Shown piece after piece: positions 1 through 9,182 of a DNA stretch of 64,000 bases (position 1 is its first letter; each line of letters begins with the position of its first letter). The notes below the pieces were generated by a model, which saw only the letters and a program-made list of their open reading frames with translations, was not told the DNA's origin and made no database searches. A program made the position numbers and the translations under genes. The DNA comes from Gaiellaceae bacterium (lineage in GTDB: Bacteria > Actinomycetota > Thermoleophilia > Gaiellales > Gaiellaceae): assembly GCA_036493955.1 (NCBI GenBank), contig DASXOW010000042.1, positions 2,996 through 66,995 of the forward strand, read 5' to 3'.

Positions 1-2
1 CA

Positions 3-458
3 GTGCCGAAGGAAACGTTCAACATCTTCCACGGCGACACAGACGCGGTCCCACCGGGCGCGCCCGGCGATCGTGGTCGTGCGGCACGTGTCGGATCGAA
101 GATCGGCGGCGAGCGACTCGGGATGAGCGTCTACGACCTGCCGGCGGGTGAGGCGATCGGCCCGTACCACGTCGAGTTGACGGACGAGGAATGGCTGATC
201 GTCGTGCACGGTGAGGTCACAGTTCGAACGCCCGACGGCGAGCGAACGCTGACGGCCGGAGACGTGCTCTGCTTCCCCGTTGGGCCTGACGGTGCGCACG
301 TCGTGCGGAACGGGAGCAACGACGAGGCGCGCGTCGCGCTCATCTCGACAAAGAACGAGTTTTGCATCGTCGAGTATCCAGAGGACGGGAAGCTGCAGCT
401 CTGGGCAGGCGACGCCCACTACATGCTCGACCATCCAACCGCGACCACTGATGCCTAA
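3..458 (+). CDS. cupin domain protein
   Basis: 151-aa ORF with a cupin-like beta-barrel core (GPYHVELTDEEWLIVVHGEVTV...GDVLCFPVGPDGAH). It starts 2 nt from the window edge, so the true start may lie upstream. Confidence 0.7.
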   Translation: MPKETFNIFHGDTDAVPPGAPGDRGRAARVGSKIGGERLGMSVYDLPAGEAIGPYHVELTDEEWLIVVHGEVTVRTPDGERTLTAGDVLCFPVGPDGAHVVRNGSNDEARVALISTKNEFCIVEYPEDGKLQLWAGDAHYMLDHPTATTDA

Positions 459-495
459 CGGAAACCGTCGTGTTGCAGGCCGCTCGAGAGCCCCT

Positions 496-1116
496 TCAGG
501 ACGGGCAGTGGCGAAATTCGACGGCGAAGCCGTGGACGATCGCGTATTCGGCGTGATCGAGCGGTCGGCGATCGTTCCAGCGGTACACCGGGAGTCCGAC
601 AGAGCCTGGATTGACATAGACCGCCTCTCCCAGGCGGGTCGTCCACTGGAAGTGCGTGTGCCCGCCGACGAGTAGCGCGTGGCCGTCGGCCTGCCAAGGC
701 GAGGTGTCCTCGGTATCTGGCAGCAGGACGTCCTCGAAATGGCGAGGCGATCCGTGGAACGCGAGCACTCCGTCGCGCTCGTACGTCGGGTGAAACGACC
801 GGATCTGGTCGAGGTGACGCTCTGCGAGTTTCGAGAGAGACCATTTACGCCGGCGCAACTGTTCGGCGGTGATCACTTCGTTCGTGTGCGTCGGCACCTC
901 GAGCAGGAGGTGATCCGCGTTGCCCAAGATCACCGGCCAGCCAAGGTCAGCTAGGCGGTCGAGGACGGCTGCCGGCTCGTCACCACCCTGCGCCACGTCA
1001 CCGAGGACGATTCCGTCGTCGATCCCGAAGCGCTCCAACTCGGCAAGGACGGCGTCGAGGGCGCGCGCATTGCCGTGAATGTCCGAGATAAGCGCGTACG
1101 GAGCACCCGGACTCAC
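496..1116 (-). CDS. metallophosphoesterase (calcineurin-like phosphoesterase family)
   Basis: 206 aa with GTG start. Carries the motifs SDIHGN, LGDV, GNADH and GHTH typical of the family. Confidence 0.85.
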   Translation of the reverse strand: MSPGAPYALISDIHGNARALDAVLAELERFGIDDGIVLGDVAQGGDEPAAVLDRLADLGWPVILGNADHLLLEVPTHTNEVITAEQLRRRKWSLSKLAERHLDQIRSFHPTYERDGVLAFHGSPRHFEDVLLPDTEDTSPWQADGHALLVGGHTHFQWTTRLGEAVYVNPGSVGLPVYRWNDRRPLDHAEYAIVHGFAVEFRHCPS

Positions 1117-1162
1117 ATCAGGAACGATAACGACCGTCTATCGAATCGCGGGGCGGTCTCAA

Positions 1163-1360
1163 TCAGCTGTGCAGCGCCCGGCGGAGCGTCAGATAGAGCG
1201 TCCCGGAAACCGCGACCGGCATCAGCCACCAGCTCGGGACGTTGGTGGATGCGATCGCGGCCGTCGCCGCGATCGCAGCCACGACGCAGACGGCAGCGAT
1301 CCAGTCGTCCCCGACCACGAAGTCCCACCAGAAGAACCCGAACGCTTTGAGGCGCCTCAT
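1163..1360 (-). CDS. small membrane protein (65 aa)
   Basis: MRRLKAFGFFWWDFVVGDDW followed by two hydrophobic segments. Its ATG overlaps the stop of the upstream gene (ATGA), suggesting coupling. It is the C-terminal part of the 1163..2320 track ORF. Confidence 0.5.
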   Translation of the reverse strand: MRRLKAFGFFWWDFVVGDDWIAAVCVVAAIAATAAIASTNVPSWWLMPVAVSGTLYLTLRRALHS

Positions 1361-2109
1361 CCCCCCGCCGCCACGTTCCTTGTCAGCGCGCCTCCACGGC
1401 GGAGCGCGACGACGAAGACGGCGGAGATTCCCCCGACGAAGGCAAGGAGGGCGAGCAGCGCCAGATCCGAGCCGGGCCAGTCCGCGCCCGCCCCCTCGGT
1501 CGACCAGAAGGTCCCGAACGTCGTCAGCATGATCCCCACGGCGAACTTGATCGCGTTCTCGGGCACGCGCGTGAGCGGCGCCCTCAACGCGACGCCGACC
1601 GCAACGACGAGCACGAAGGCCGCTGCCGCCCCGAGCGCCGCGAGCGGAACGCTTTGCTGAGCACTGCCGAACGTGAGAACAATGAACGCGACCTCGAGCC
1701 CTTCGAGAAACACGCCCTTGAACGCCAGCACGAACCCGTACGCGTCGATGCCGTGATCTACGGGAGCTCCGTCCGCACGCGCGTGCTCGAGCTCCCGCGC
1801 GAAGATCGCATCCTCGTCGTGCAACGACTTGTGCCCGCTGGCCCGCAGGATCGCCTTGCGGAGCCACTGCAGCCCAAAGGTCAGCAGCAGTCCGCCCACA
1901 ACGAGTCGAAGAGCGTTCAGCGGGATTGATGTGATCGCAGGGCCAAGTGCTGCGACGACGACTGCGAGCGCGAGAGCCGCCGCGGCGGCGCCCGCGAGAG
2001 CCGAACGCCACCCACGGGCAACTCCCGCGGCGAGCACGATCGTCAGCGCTTCCACCATCTCGACCGCGCTCGCCAGGAACGCGGACGAGAACCCGAAGAT
2101 CGAGCTCAT
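1357..2109 (-). CDS. polytopic membrane protein with internal duplication (COG4280-like, putative cation transporter)
   Basis: 250 aa, about 6 TM. Repeated acidic motifs VEMVEALTIVLAAG and FLEGLEVAFIVLTFG. The family assignment is from memory only. Confidence 0.65.
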   Translation of the reverse strand: MSSIFGFSSAFLASAVEMVEALTIVLAAGVARGWRSALAGAAAAALALAVVVAALGPAITSIPLNALRLVVGGLLLTFGLQWLRKAILRASGHKSLHDEDAIFARELEHARADGAPVDHGIDAYGFVLAFKGVFLEGLEVAFIVLTFGSAQQSVPLAALGAAAAFVLVVAVGVALRAPLTRVPENAIKFAVGIMLTTFGTFWSTEGAGADWPGSDLALLALLAFVGGISAVFVVALRRGGALTRNVAAGG

Positions 2110-2264
2110 CAGCGAAGAATGCCCGGTGTGGCCAAGCGCGGTCGGATTGCGTCCGTCGGTCTACGCGACGCGGAAAAGCACGTCGACTGCCAGCAACGCC
2201 GCGAGGAGCCAGAGGAGTCGCGCGGCGCGCGGCAGCGAGAGAAAGCGCATCAACGCGCGGTGCA

Positions 2265-3068
2265 TCAGACGTCGCGGCGGAGCAGCAAGACTGCAGCGAC
2301 GACAGTAGCCGTGACCGCATAGGCGCACAGAACGGCGAAGCCTTGCCATGGACCGAGCGTTCCGCCCTGGAGCTGCAGGACGCGCTCGCCGGCCTGTAAC
2401 GGCAGGTAGGGCGAGATCGCGTTGTTCCAGCTCAACGGCAGAACGTTCATCAGCGGCGGCAGCACGAACATGATCGCGGCGAACGCCGCGATGCCACCGG
2501 CAGTGTTCCGGACGATCGCGCCGAGACTAAGACCGAAGAGACCGATCACCGTCAGATACAGCCCGGCTCCGACAATTGCGCGCACGACGCCGTGCGCGCC
2601 GAGGGCGACGGCTTCGTGGCGGCCCTGCAGAACCGTGTGACCGATGAAGAAGGCGACGAACGCGGCGGGCACCGTCAACGCGAAAACAGTGGTGCCGTAG
2701 ACGATCAGCTTCGCCCACAGCACGGGCAGCCGGCGCGGCGCGGCAGCCATCGACGCGCGGATCATCCCCGTTGCGTACTCGCCGGTGATGACGAGGACTC
2801 CGAGGACGCCGACCGCGAGCTGCGCGATCTGGACGCCGCCGAAGGTCAGCTCGAGCGGGTTGTCGATGTGCTCGCCTGGCCGCAGGTGGTGGATGCGCAC
2901 CTCGGGCACGAGTACCGACAGACCGACGATGAAGACGACCGCAACGAGCAGCGACCAGACGGTCGACCGAACCGAGCGGAGCTTCGTCCACTCGGAGACA
3001 ATCAGCCGCGGCAGCGTGACACGGCCGGTGTGCGGGAGCCGCGGGATCGAGATGACGGAGACGGTCAT
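2265..3068 (-). CDS. ABC-2 type transporter permease
   Basis: 267 aa from MTVSVISIPRL, 6 TM, with the SEWTKLRSVRST motif typical of ABC-2 permeases. ATGA overlap with the ATPase stop at 3065. Confidence 0.8.
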   Translation of the reverse strand: MTVSVISIPRLPHTGRVTLPRLIVSEWTKLRSVRSTVWSLLVAVVFIVGLSVLVPEVRIHHLRPGEHIDNPLELTFGGVQIAQLAVGVLGVLVITGEYATGMIRASMAAAPRRLPVLWAKLIVYGTTVFALTVPAAFVAFFIGHTVLQGRHEAVALGAHGVVRAIVGAGLYLTVIGLFGLSLGAIVRNTAGGIAAFAAIMFVLPPLMNVLPLSWNNAISPYLPLQAGERVLQLQGGTLGPWQGFAVLCAYAVTATVVAAVLLLRRDV

Positions 3069-4006
3069 GCGACTCCTGCGAGATCTTGCGAAGTGCGTCC
3101 CGAGAATTCGAGCTCGCCTTGCGTGATGTCCATGAACGCCTCTTCCAGTGTCACCTGCTGCGGGGTCAGCTCGTACAGGGTGTAGCCCTTCGCGGATGCG
3201 ATCTCCCCGATGTGTTCCGCGGTGAGCCCGTGCACCTCGAGAACGCCGCGACCGAGCGACGTGACTGACACAGAGTCCTGTGAAAACTCGGACACAAGCT
3301 GATCCGAATGCGGAGAGCGGACGCGAACGACGTTCTTCGAATGACGGCGAAGGAAGTCGTCGACCGATGCGTCTGCGATCAACCGGCCGCGGCCGATCAC
3401 GATCAGATGGTCTGCGGTCATCGACATCTCCGTCATCAGGTGCGAGGAGAGAAAGACCGTGCGGCCCAAGCCGGCGAGGCCTTTCATCAGATCGCGCATC
3501 CACCGGATGCCGTCCGGGTCGAGCCCATTGACCGGCTCGTCCAGGATCACAACGTCGGGATCGCCAAGCAACGCGGCGGCGATGCCGAGTCGCTGCCCCA
3601 TGCCGAGCGAAAACGTGCCGGCCCGCTTGCGTGCCACGCTCTCGAGCCCAACGAGCTCGATCAACTCATCGACGCGCCGCCGCGGAATGCCATGCGTCTG
3701 AGCGAGCGCTCGTAGATGGTTGTACGCGGATCGGCCCGTGTGAATCGAACGAGCCTCGAGCAGCGCGCCGACCTCGTGGAGCGGAGCCGGGAAGTCCACA
3801 TAGCGCTTGCCGTTGACGGTGACGATGCCCGCATCTGGCGCGTCGAGGCCCAGGATCAACCGCATCGTCGTGGACTTGCCCGATCCGTTCGGCCCAAGGA
3901 AGCCCGTGACGACTCCCGGCTCGACCGTGAAACTGAGATCGCTGACGGCGGTCTTATCGCCGTAGCGCTTCGTCAGATTGCGGGCTTCGATCACGCATCG
4001 GATCAA
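3065..4006 (-). CDS. ABC transporter ATP-binding protein
   Basis: Walker A GPNGSGKST, signature FSLGMGQRL, Walker B VVILDEP. Confidence 0.92.
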   Translation of the reverse strand: MIRCVIEARNLTKRYGDKTAVSDLSFTVEPGVVTGFLGPNGSGKSTTMRLILGLDAPDAGIVTVNGKRYVDFPAPLHEVGALLEARSIHTGRSAYNHLRALAQTHGIPRRRVDELIELVGLESVARKRAGTFSLGMGQRLGIAAALLGDPDVVILDEPVNGLDPDGIRWMRDLMKGLAGLGRTVFLSSHLMTEMSMTADHLIVIGRGRLIADASVDDFLRRHSKNVVRVRSPHSDQLVSEFSQDSVSVTSLGRGVLEVHGLTAEHIGEIASAKGYTLYELTPQQVTLEEAFMDITQGELEFSGRTSQDLAGVA

Positions 4007-4018
4007 ACCAACCGAACC

Positions 4019-5416
4019 TCAGCCGAGGCTGGGCGCAGGCTGGGAGTTCGCCGAGAATCGAGCGGGTAGCCGCAACTCGAATACGAGCCCGTGCGGGACA
4101 ACGGGCCGTGCCTCAACCGATCCGCCGTGTGCGCTGACGATCGATCGGACGATCGCCAGACCAAGCCCGGCACCGCCACTGTCGCGGTGGCGGCCCGGGT
4201 CGGGTCGAACAAACCGGTCGAAGATCCGGTCGCGCAGTTCCTCCGGGATACCTGGCCCGTTGTCCTCGACGAGTAGGACGATCTCGTCGCCCTTCCGGGT
4301 CGCCGTAACGAAGACGGCGCTGCCGGCTGCCGTGTGCTGTCGCACGTTGGCGAGCAGATTGTCGAGCACCTGTCTGAGCCGACGCTCGTCTCCGTCGGCG
4401 ACTAGCGCGCTGGTTCCGAGCTCATAGCCGTAGCTGCGCGAGTGGTCGACGACCCGGGCGGCATCGACAGCGTCGTCGATCAGACGGCGAAGATCGACGG
4501 GCTTGCGCTCGAGAGGCCGCGCTTCGTCGAGCCGCGCGAGAAGCAGCAGGTCTTCAACCAGGCGGGACATTCGCTCCCCTTCGTTCTCGATTGCCGCCAT
4601 CGCCTTCGCGAGATCGACCGGATCCCGGTCGGCGCCTCGCCGGAACAGCTCGGCGTAGCCCCGGATCGACGTGAGCGGGGTCCGCAGTTCGTGCGAAGCA
4701 TCGGCGAGGAATCTACGCAGCCGCTGCTCGGTCGCATCACGCTGTGCGAACGCCGACTCGATCTCCTCGAGCATCCGGTTGAGCGCGCTCGACACACGCC
4801 CGATCTCCGAACGCGGAGGGGCGGCCGGCACGCGTTCCGCGAGGTTGCCGCCTGCGATCGCATCCGCGGTCGACGCAATGCGGAGCAACGGCCGGAGGCT
4901 TCGTTTCAGGATGAATGCAGCAACCACCGCGAGCGCCGACAAGACCACCACGGCAACCCACAGGTTGATCGCGAGCAGATGCCGCAAGGTCTCCTTCTCG
5001 GCGGACAGCGAGATCACGGCGACGACCACGTGGCCATGCTTACCGTCCACAGCGATCGCCTCGTAGCTCGCCGGCCCGTCGCCCTTCTCGACGGCGCGCG
5101 GCCGATCGAGTGCGTCGGTGAGATCCGAAGGAATCAAGCTCGCATCCGCGACGGAGCCGATCCGCTTGAGGACTGTTCCTCCCCGGGAACGGATTTCGAC
5201 GATCACCGGCCGATCCGTGCCGGAAAAGAGGTCGAAGCTCAAGGGCGTCCCGCTCGCACTCGCCGATCCCGCCGTCTTGGCGACGGCCCGAACGCTGCTC
5301 GCGGCGCGACCGTCGACATACCGTCGTAGCAACATGAAGCTGGCGACGTCGGCGGCGCCGACTGCGATCGCCGCGATGGCGACTGTCGCGAGCGTGGTGC
5401 GGAGCCGGATCGACAT
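4019..5416 (-). CDS. sensor histidine kinase (HAMP-HisKA-HATPase)
   Basis: Two TM segments, H-box ASHELRTPLTSI, N-box LDNLLANV, G-boxes EDNGPGI and GGAGLGLAIV. Confidence 0.9.
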   Translation of the reverse strand: MSIRLRTTLATVAIAAIAVGAADVASFMLLRRYVDGRAASSVRAVAKTAGSASASGTPLSFDLFSGTDRPVIVEIRSRGGTVLKRIGSVADASLIPSDLTDALDRPRAVEKGDGPASYEAIAVDGKHGHVVVAVISLSAEKETLRHLLAINLWVAVVVLSALAVVAAFILKRSLRPLLRIASTADAIAGGNLAERVPAAPPRSEIGRVSSALNRMLEEIESAFAQRDATEQRLRRFLADASHELRTPLTSIRGYAELFRRGADRDPVDLAKAMAAIENEGERMSRLVEDLLLLARLDEARPLERKPVDLRRLIDDAVDAARVVDHSRSYGYELGTSALVADGDERRLRQVLDNLLANVRQHTAAGSAVFVTATRKGDEIVLLVEDNGPGIPEELRDRIFDRFVRPDPGRHRDSGGAGLGLAIVRSIVSAHGGSVEARPVVPHGLVFELRLPARFSANSQPAPSLG

Positions 5417-5422
5417 TGGAGC

Positions 5423-6121
5423 TCAGTCCTCGGGATGGCGAAGGACGTAGCCAACGCCGCGCACGGTCTGGATCAGCGGCACTGCGTCGGCGTCGACCTT
5501 CTTACGGAGATAGCTGATGTACGTCTCGACGATTCGGCCGTCGCCGCCGAAGTCGTACTGCCACACGTGATCGAGGATCTGCGCCTTCGACATCACGCGC
5601 CTGGCGTTCACGAGCAAGTACCGGAGCAGCACGTATTCAGTCGGGCTGAGGTCGATGCGGCGGCCCGCGCGCCGCACATCGCGCGTCCCCTCGTCGATCT
5701 CGAGATCGAAGTAGCTGATCCGTTCCCGCGACGCGTCCTCGGGCTGCGTGCGGCGAAGAACCGCGCGCACCCGGGCTACGAGCTCGTCGATGCTGAACGG
5801 CTTCGTGAGGTAGTCGTCGCCGCCGAGCGTCAAGCCGCGCACCCGGTCCTCGACGGTGTCGCGTGCCGTCAGGAAGAGGACGGGGACGCGCCGGCCGTCG
5901 CGCCGGAGCCGCTCCTGGACGGCGAAGCCGTCGACGTCCGGAAGCATCACATCCAGGACGACGAGCTGAGGGCTCCACTCTCGAACCGCGTCGACCGCCG
6001 TACGTCCCGTCGCCTTGGTCTGGACGTCGAACCCCTCATAGCGCAGCGCGGTCGCAACAAGATCGGCGATGTTCGGCTCGTCGTCGACGACGAGGATCCG
6101 CGTGCCTTCGCTTTCGTGCAC
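5423..6121 (-). CDS. OmpR-family response regulator
   Basis: Receiver ILVVDDEP...DVMLPDVDG...TKPF plus a winged-helix C-terminus (VETYISYLRKK, RGVGY). Start placed at the GTG giving VHESEGTRILVV; the track ORF extends further 5'. Confidence 0.9.
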   Translation of the reverse strand: MHESEGTRILVVDDEPNIADLVATALRYEGFDVQTKATGRTAVDAVREWSPQLVVLDVMLPDVDGFAVQERLRRDGRRVPVLFLTARDTVEDRVRGLTLGGDDYLTKPFSIDELVARVRAVLRRTQPEDASRERISYFDLEIDEGTRDVRRAGRRIDLSPTEYVLLRYLLVNARRVMSKAQILDHVWQYDFGGDGRIVETYISYLRKKVDADAVPLIQTVRGVGYVLRHPED

Positions 6122-6162
6122 AGAGGCAGTCTGCTCTGGCGTTTCTGAGAGAAACCTGAGAG

Positions 6163-7017
6163 TTGCGCGAGAGCGACCGAAATTCGACGGCGTCGTGGCT
6201 ACCGTCCCTCCCCGTGGGAGTCGTGCGCACCCCCGCCGCGCTGAAGGTCCCAGCCCGGATCGCCGCAATCTTCTGGGCGATCAAGCTCCTCACCACGGCA
6301 TTCGGCGAGTCGACGTCGGACTACCTGGTCCACAACGTCAATCCGTACCTCGCTGTCATCGGCGGCTTCGTGGTCTTCATCATCGCGATGACGCTCCAAC
6401 TGCGAGCCGACCGATACATACCGTGGGTGTACTGGCTCGCGGTCGCGATGGTCGCCCTCTTCGGAACGATGGCCGCCGACGTCCTGCACGTCGAGTTCGG
6501 AGTCCCATACATCGCCTCGACCATCCTCTTCGCTTCTGCGCTGGTCGCCGTCTTCTGGCTGTGGTCGCGGGCGGAGCCCACGCTCTCAATCCACAGCATC
6601 ACGACCGAGCGGCGCGAGCTCTTTTACTGGGCCGCCGTGCTCGCAACGTTCGCGATGGGCACCGCGCTCGGCGACCTCGCCGCCTACACGCTGAACCTCG
6701 GTTTCCTCGCTGCCGGGATCGTGTTCGCCGTGCTCTTCGCGCTCCCAGGCCTCGCGTACGCCCGGTTCCGCGTCAACGCGGTGCTTGCATTCTGGAGCTC
6801 CTATGTCATGACGCGACCTCTAGGTGCTTCCTTCGCCGACTGGACCGGCAAGAGCCGACACGACGGCGGTATCGCCATCGGAGACGGGATCACAGCCTTC
6901 GTCCTCGCTGCCTTCATAGTCGCAGGCGTGGTCTATCTCACCGTCAGCGGCAGCGATCGGCTCGGTGAGCCCGGCCGGGGCACCCTCGACCCGGCTTTCG
7001 CAGACGACTTTCCCTGA
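6163..7017 (+). CDS. membrane protein with duplicated 4-TM module (COG4705-like)
   Basis: 284 aa with repeated segments (IFWAIKLLTTAFGESTSDYL and FYWAAVLATFAMGTALGDLAAY). The start is uncertain. Confidence 0.65.
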   Translation: MRESDRNSTASWLPSLPVGVVRTPAALKVPARIAAIFWAIKLLTTAFGESTSDYLVHNVNPYLAVIGGFVVFIIAMTLQLRADRYIPWVYWLAVAMVALFGTMAADVLHVEFGVPYIASTILFASALVAVFWLWSRAEPTLSIHSITTERRELFYWAAVLATFAMGTALGDLAAYTLNLGFLAAGIVFAVLFALPGLAYARFRVNAVLAFWSSYVMTRPLGASFADWTGKSRHDGGIAIGDGITAFVLAAFIVAGVVYLTVSGSDRLGEPGRGTLDPAFADDFP

Positions 7018-7027
7018 GTCGCGAGCG

Positions 7028-7225
7028 CTACGGCTTGAACTCGTCGTCGACGAGGCGATTCGGGTCGACCCCGCCGAGACGCTCCTCGACGCGCGCGTCC
7101 GCGGCCAGCCCTTCGACGCCTTCATCAACAATGTGCCGCTCGGACTCAGTCTCGACCTGCGCGTCCTCGGCGCGGTGGGCTGCAGCAGCGTCGCGGCGTC
7201 CCATCAGTTTTTTCCAAAAGCTCAT
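7028..7225 (-). CDS. small acidic hypothetical protein (65 aa)
   Basis: MSFWKKLMG... preceded on the minus strand by a strong Shine-Dalgarno (GGAGGAGG, read from 7232-7239), directly downstream of the HAD gene. Confidence 0.55.
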   Translation of the reverse strand: MSFWKKLMGRRDAAAAHRAEDAQVETESERHIVDEGVEGLAADARVEERLGGVDPNRLVDDEFKP

Positions 7226-7240
7226 TGCGTGTACCTCCTC

Positions 7241-8020
7241 CTACGTCAGCTCGTCGACGAGATCAGCGATTGAATCGACAATGCGTGACGGCCGGTACGG
7301 AAACCGCTCGGCCTGCTCCCGGGTCGTCGAACCGGTGAGTACGAGAACGGTATGCATTCCGGCTTCGAGCCCGCTGACCACGTCGGTGTCCATCCGGTCA
7401 CCGACCATCGCGGTCGTCTCTGAATGCGCTTCGATTGCATTCAGCGCCGAGCGCATCATCAACGGGTTCGGCTTACCGACGAAGTATGGCTCGACCCCGG
7501 TGGCGCGACTGATCAGCGCCGCGACCGAGCCGGTAGCGGGCAGTGGGCCTTCCGGCGTCGGCCCCGTCGCATCGGGGTTCGTCGCGATGAACCGAGAGCC
7601 ACGCGCGATCAAACGGATCGCTTGCGAGATTCGCTCGAAGCTGTATGTCCGCGTTTCGCCGAGAACGACGTAGTCGGGCGCGCGTTCGTTCACGGTGTAG
7701 CCCGCATCGTGGAGCGCGTTGGTCAACCCGGATTCCCCGATCACGAAAGCCGTGCCTCCCGGCCGCTGGTCGTCGAGGAAGCGTGCGGTGGCGAGCGCCG
7801 ATGTCCAGATCGCCTCCTCCGGCACCTCGAGGCCGGTCAACGCAAGCCGCGCGGAGAGATCGCGCGGGGTGTAAACCGAGTTGTTCGTCAGGACGAGAAA
7901 CGACCGTTCCAGCTCGCGGAGCCGGGCGATGAATTGATCCGCACCTGGGATCGCGTGCTCCTCGTGAACGAGCACGCCGTCCATGTCCACCAGCCAAGAC
8001 TGGATCTCACGCTTGCGCAC
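7241..8020 (-). CDS. HAD-IIA family hydrolase (NagD-like)
   Basis: DMDGVL motif I, LTNNS motif II, and the C-terminal GKP...GDRMDTD motifs. Confidence 0.85.
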   Translation of the reverse strand: MRKREIQSWLVDMDGVLVHEEHAIPGADQFIARLRELERSFLVLTNNSVYTPRDLSARLALTGLEVPEEAIWTSALATARFLDDQRPGGTAFVIGESGLTNALHDAGYTVNERAPDYVVLGETRTYSFERISQAIRLIARGSRFIATNPDATGPTPEGPLPATGSVAALISRATGVEPYFVGKPNPLMMRSALNAIEAHSETTAMVGDRMDTDVVSGLEAGMHTVLVLTGSTTREQAERFPYRPSRIVDSIADLVDELT

Positions 8021-8177
8021 GCCCAGATCCTCTCAGCTCAACGGTCGACCGCGACGTCCCGGCTGCTCACAGTCTCCGGACTTCAAGACGCACGCGGGCC
8101 CGGCTCCGCGCCCGCGCAGCCGGCAGTTAGTCGACGATCGCCCGAGGCGACCGTGCTGGAAGCTACCGTGCACGTTG

Positions 8178-9176
8178 ATGGCCGTCGCCGAAATCGATGC
8201 GCCCCGCTCATGGCGTGGTGTATTCGACCCGTATGCGATGCCCCGGCTCAAGCGGAGCCTCCTGGATCTCGCGACCTCGGTCATTCCATATCTCGTTCTG
8301 CTTGTCGCGATGTTCCTCGCGTTGCGCGTGTCCGTATGGCTCTCGCTCGCTCTCGTCGTGCCGACGGCGGGCTTCCTGATCCGCACGTTCATCGTCTTCC
8401 ACGACTGCACGCACGGATCGTTCTTTCGCTCACGGCGTGCGAACAATCTGCTCGGCGCGGCGACCGGGTTGCTTGTCTGGCTCCCATTCCGCGGGTGGCA
8501 GCACGAGCACGCTATCCATCACGCGACCGCCGGCGATCTCGATCGACGCGGCGTCGGCGACATCACGACTCTGACCGTCGCCGAATACCAGGCGCTCTCC
8601 TTCATACCGCGCATCGGCTACCGCCTGTTTCGAAACCCGGCAGTGATGTTCGGGCTCGGCTGGCTGCTCGTGCTCGTGCTCAAGCCTCGCTTTGTCTCCC
8701 GCGGCGCGCGTCCGCGCATTCGAAACAGCGTGCTTGGCACGAACGTCGTGCTCGCCGTCCTGGTTGCGGTGCTCTGTCTGACGGTCGGTTGGCGCAGTTA
8801 TCTCCTCGTCCAAGGCCCGGTCTTCGTCGTCGCCGGCGCGGTCGGGATCTGGCTGTTCTATGTGCAGCACCAATTCGAGGACACCTACTGGCAAGCGCAT
8901 GCCGATTGGCGGTACGACCATGCCGCGCTCGAAGGGAGCTCGTATCTGAAGCTGCCGCGCCTCCTTCAGTTCTTCACGGGCAACATCGGCTTCCACCATG
9001 TGCACCATCTCAGCGTCGGGATCCCGAACTACAACCTGCAGCAGGCTCATGAGAAGACCGACGGCCTGCAGGAAGTGCCGGAGTTGACGCTGCGAGACGC
9101 GTTGCGCGCGCCCCGCTTGAAGCTCTGGGACGAACGCGAAAAGCGACTCGTAACGTTCCGCGAAGCGCGCGGCTAG
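8178..9176 (+). CDS. membrane fatty acid desaturase
   Basis: Three histidine boxes (HDCTHG, HEHAIHH, HHVHH). Start taken at MAVAEID (ATG 8178) inside the 7983..9176 track ORF. Confidence 0.85.
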   Translation: MAVAEIDAPRSWRGVFDPYAMPRLKRSLLDLATSVIPYLVLLVAMFLALRVSVWLSLALVVPTAGFLIRTFIVFHDCTHGSFFRSRRANNLLGAATGLLVWLPFRGWQHEHAIHHATAGDLDRRGVGDITTLTVAEYQALSFIPRIGYRLFRNPAVMFGLGWLLVLVLKPRFVSRGARPRIRNSVLGTNVVLAVLVAVLCLTVGWRSYLLVQGPVFVVAGAVGIWLFYVQHQFEDTYWQAHADWRYDHAALEGSSYLKLPRLLQFFTGNIGFHHVHHLSVGIPNYNLQQAHEKTDGLQEVPELTLRDALRAPRLKLWDEREKRLVTFREARG

Positions 9177-9182
9177 GCGTCA

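Noticed and set aside
1163-2320. Long track ORFs such as 1163..2320, 16834..17928, 29795..31483, 45980..48205 (741 aa) and 49993..53529 (1178 aa).
   Set aside because: They are Arg/Ala/Pro-rich and run antisense to, or out of frame with, genes that have clear family motifs. This is the usual stop-codon-poor shadow frame of very GC-rich DNA. Only the last 65 codons of 1163..2320 were kept, as a small membrane protein.
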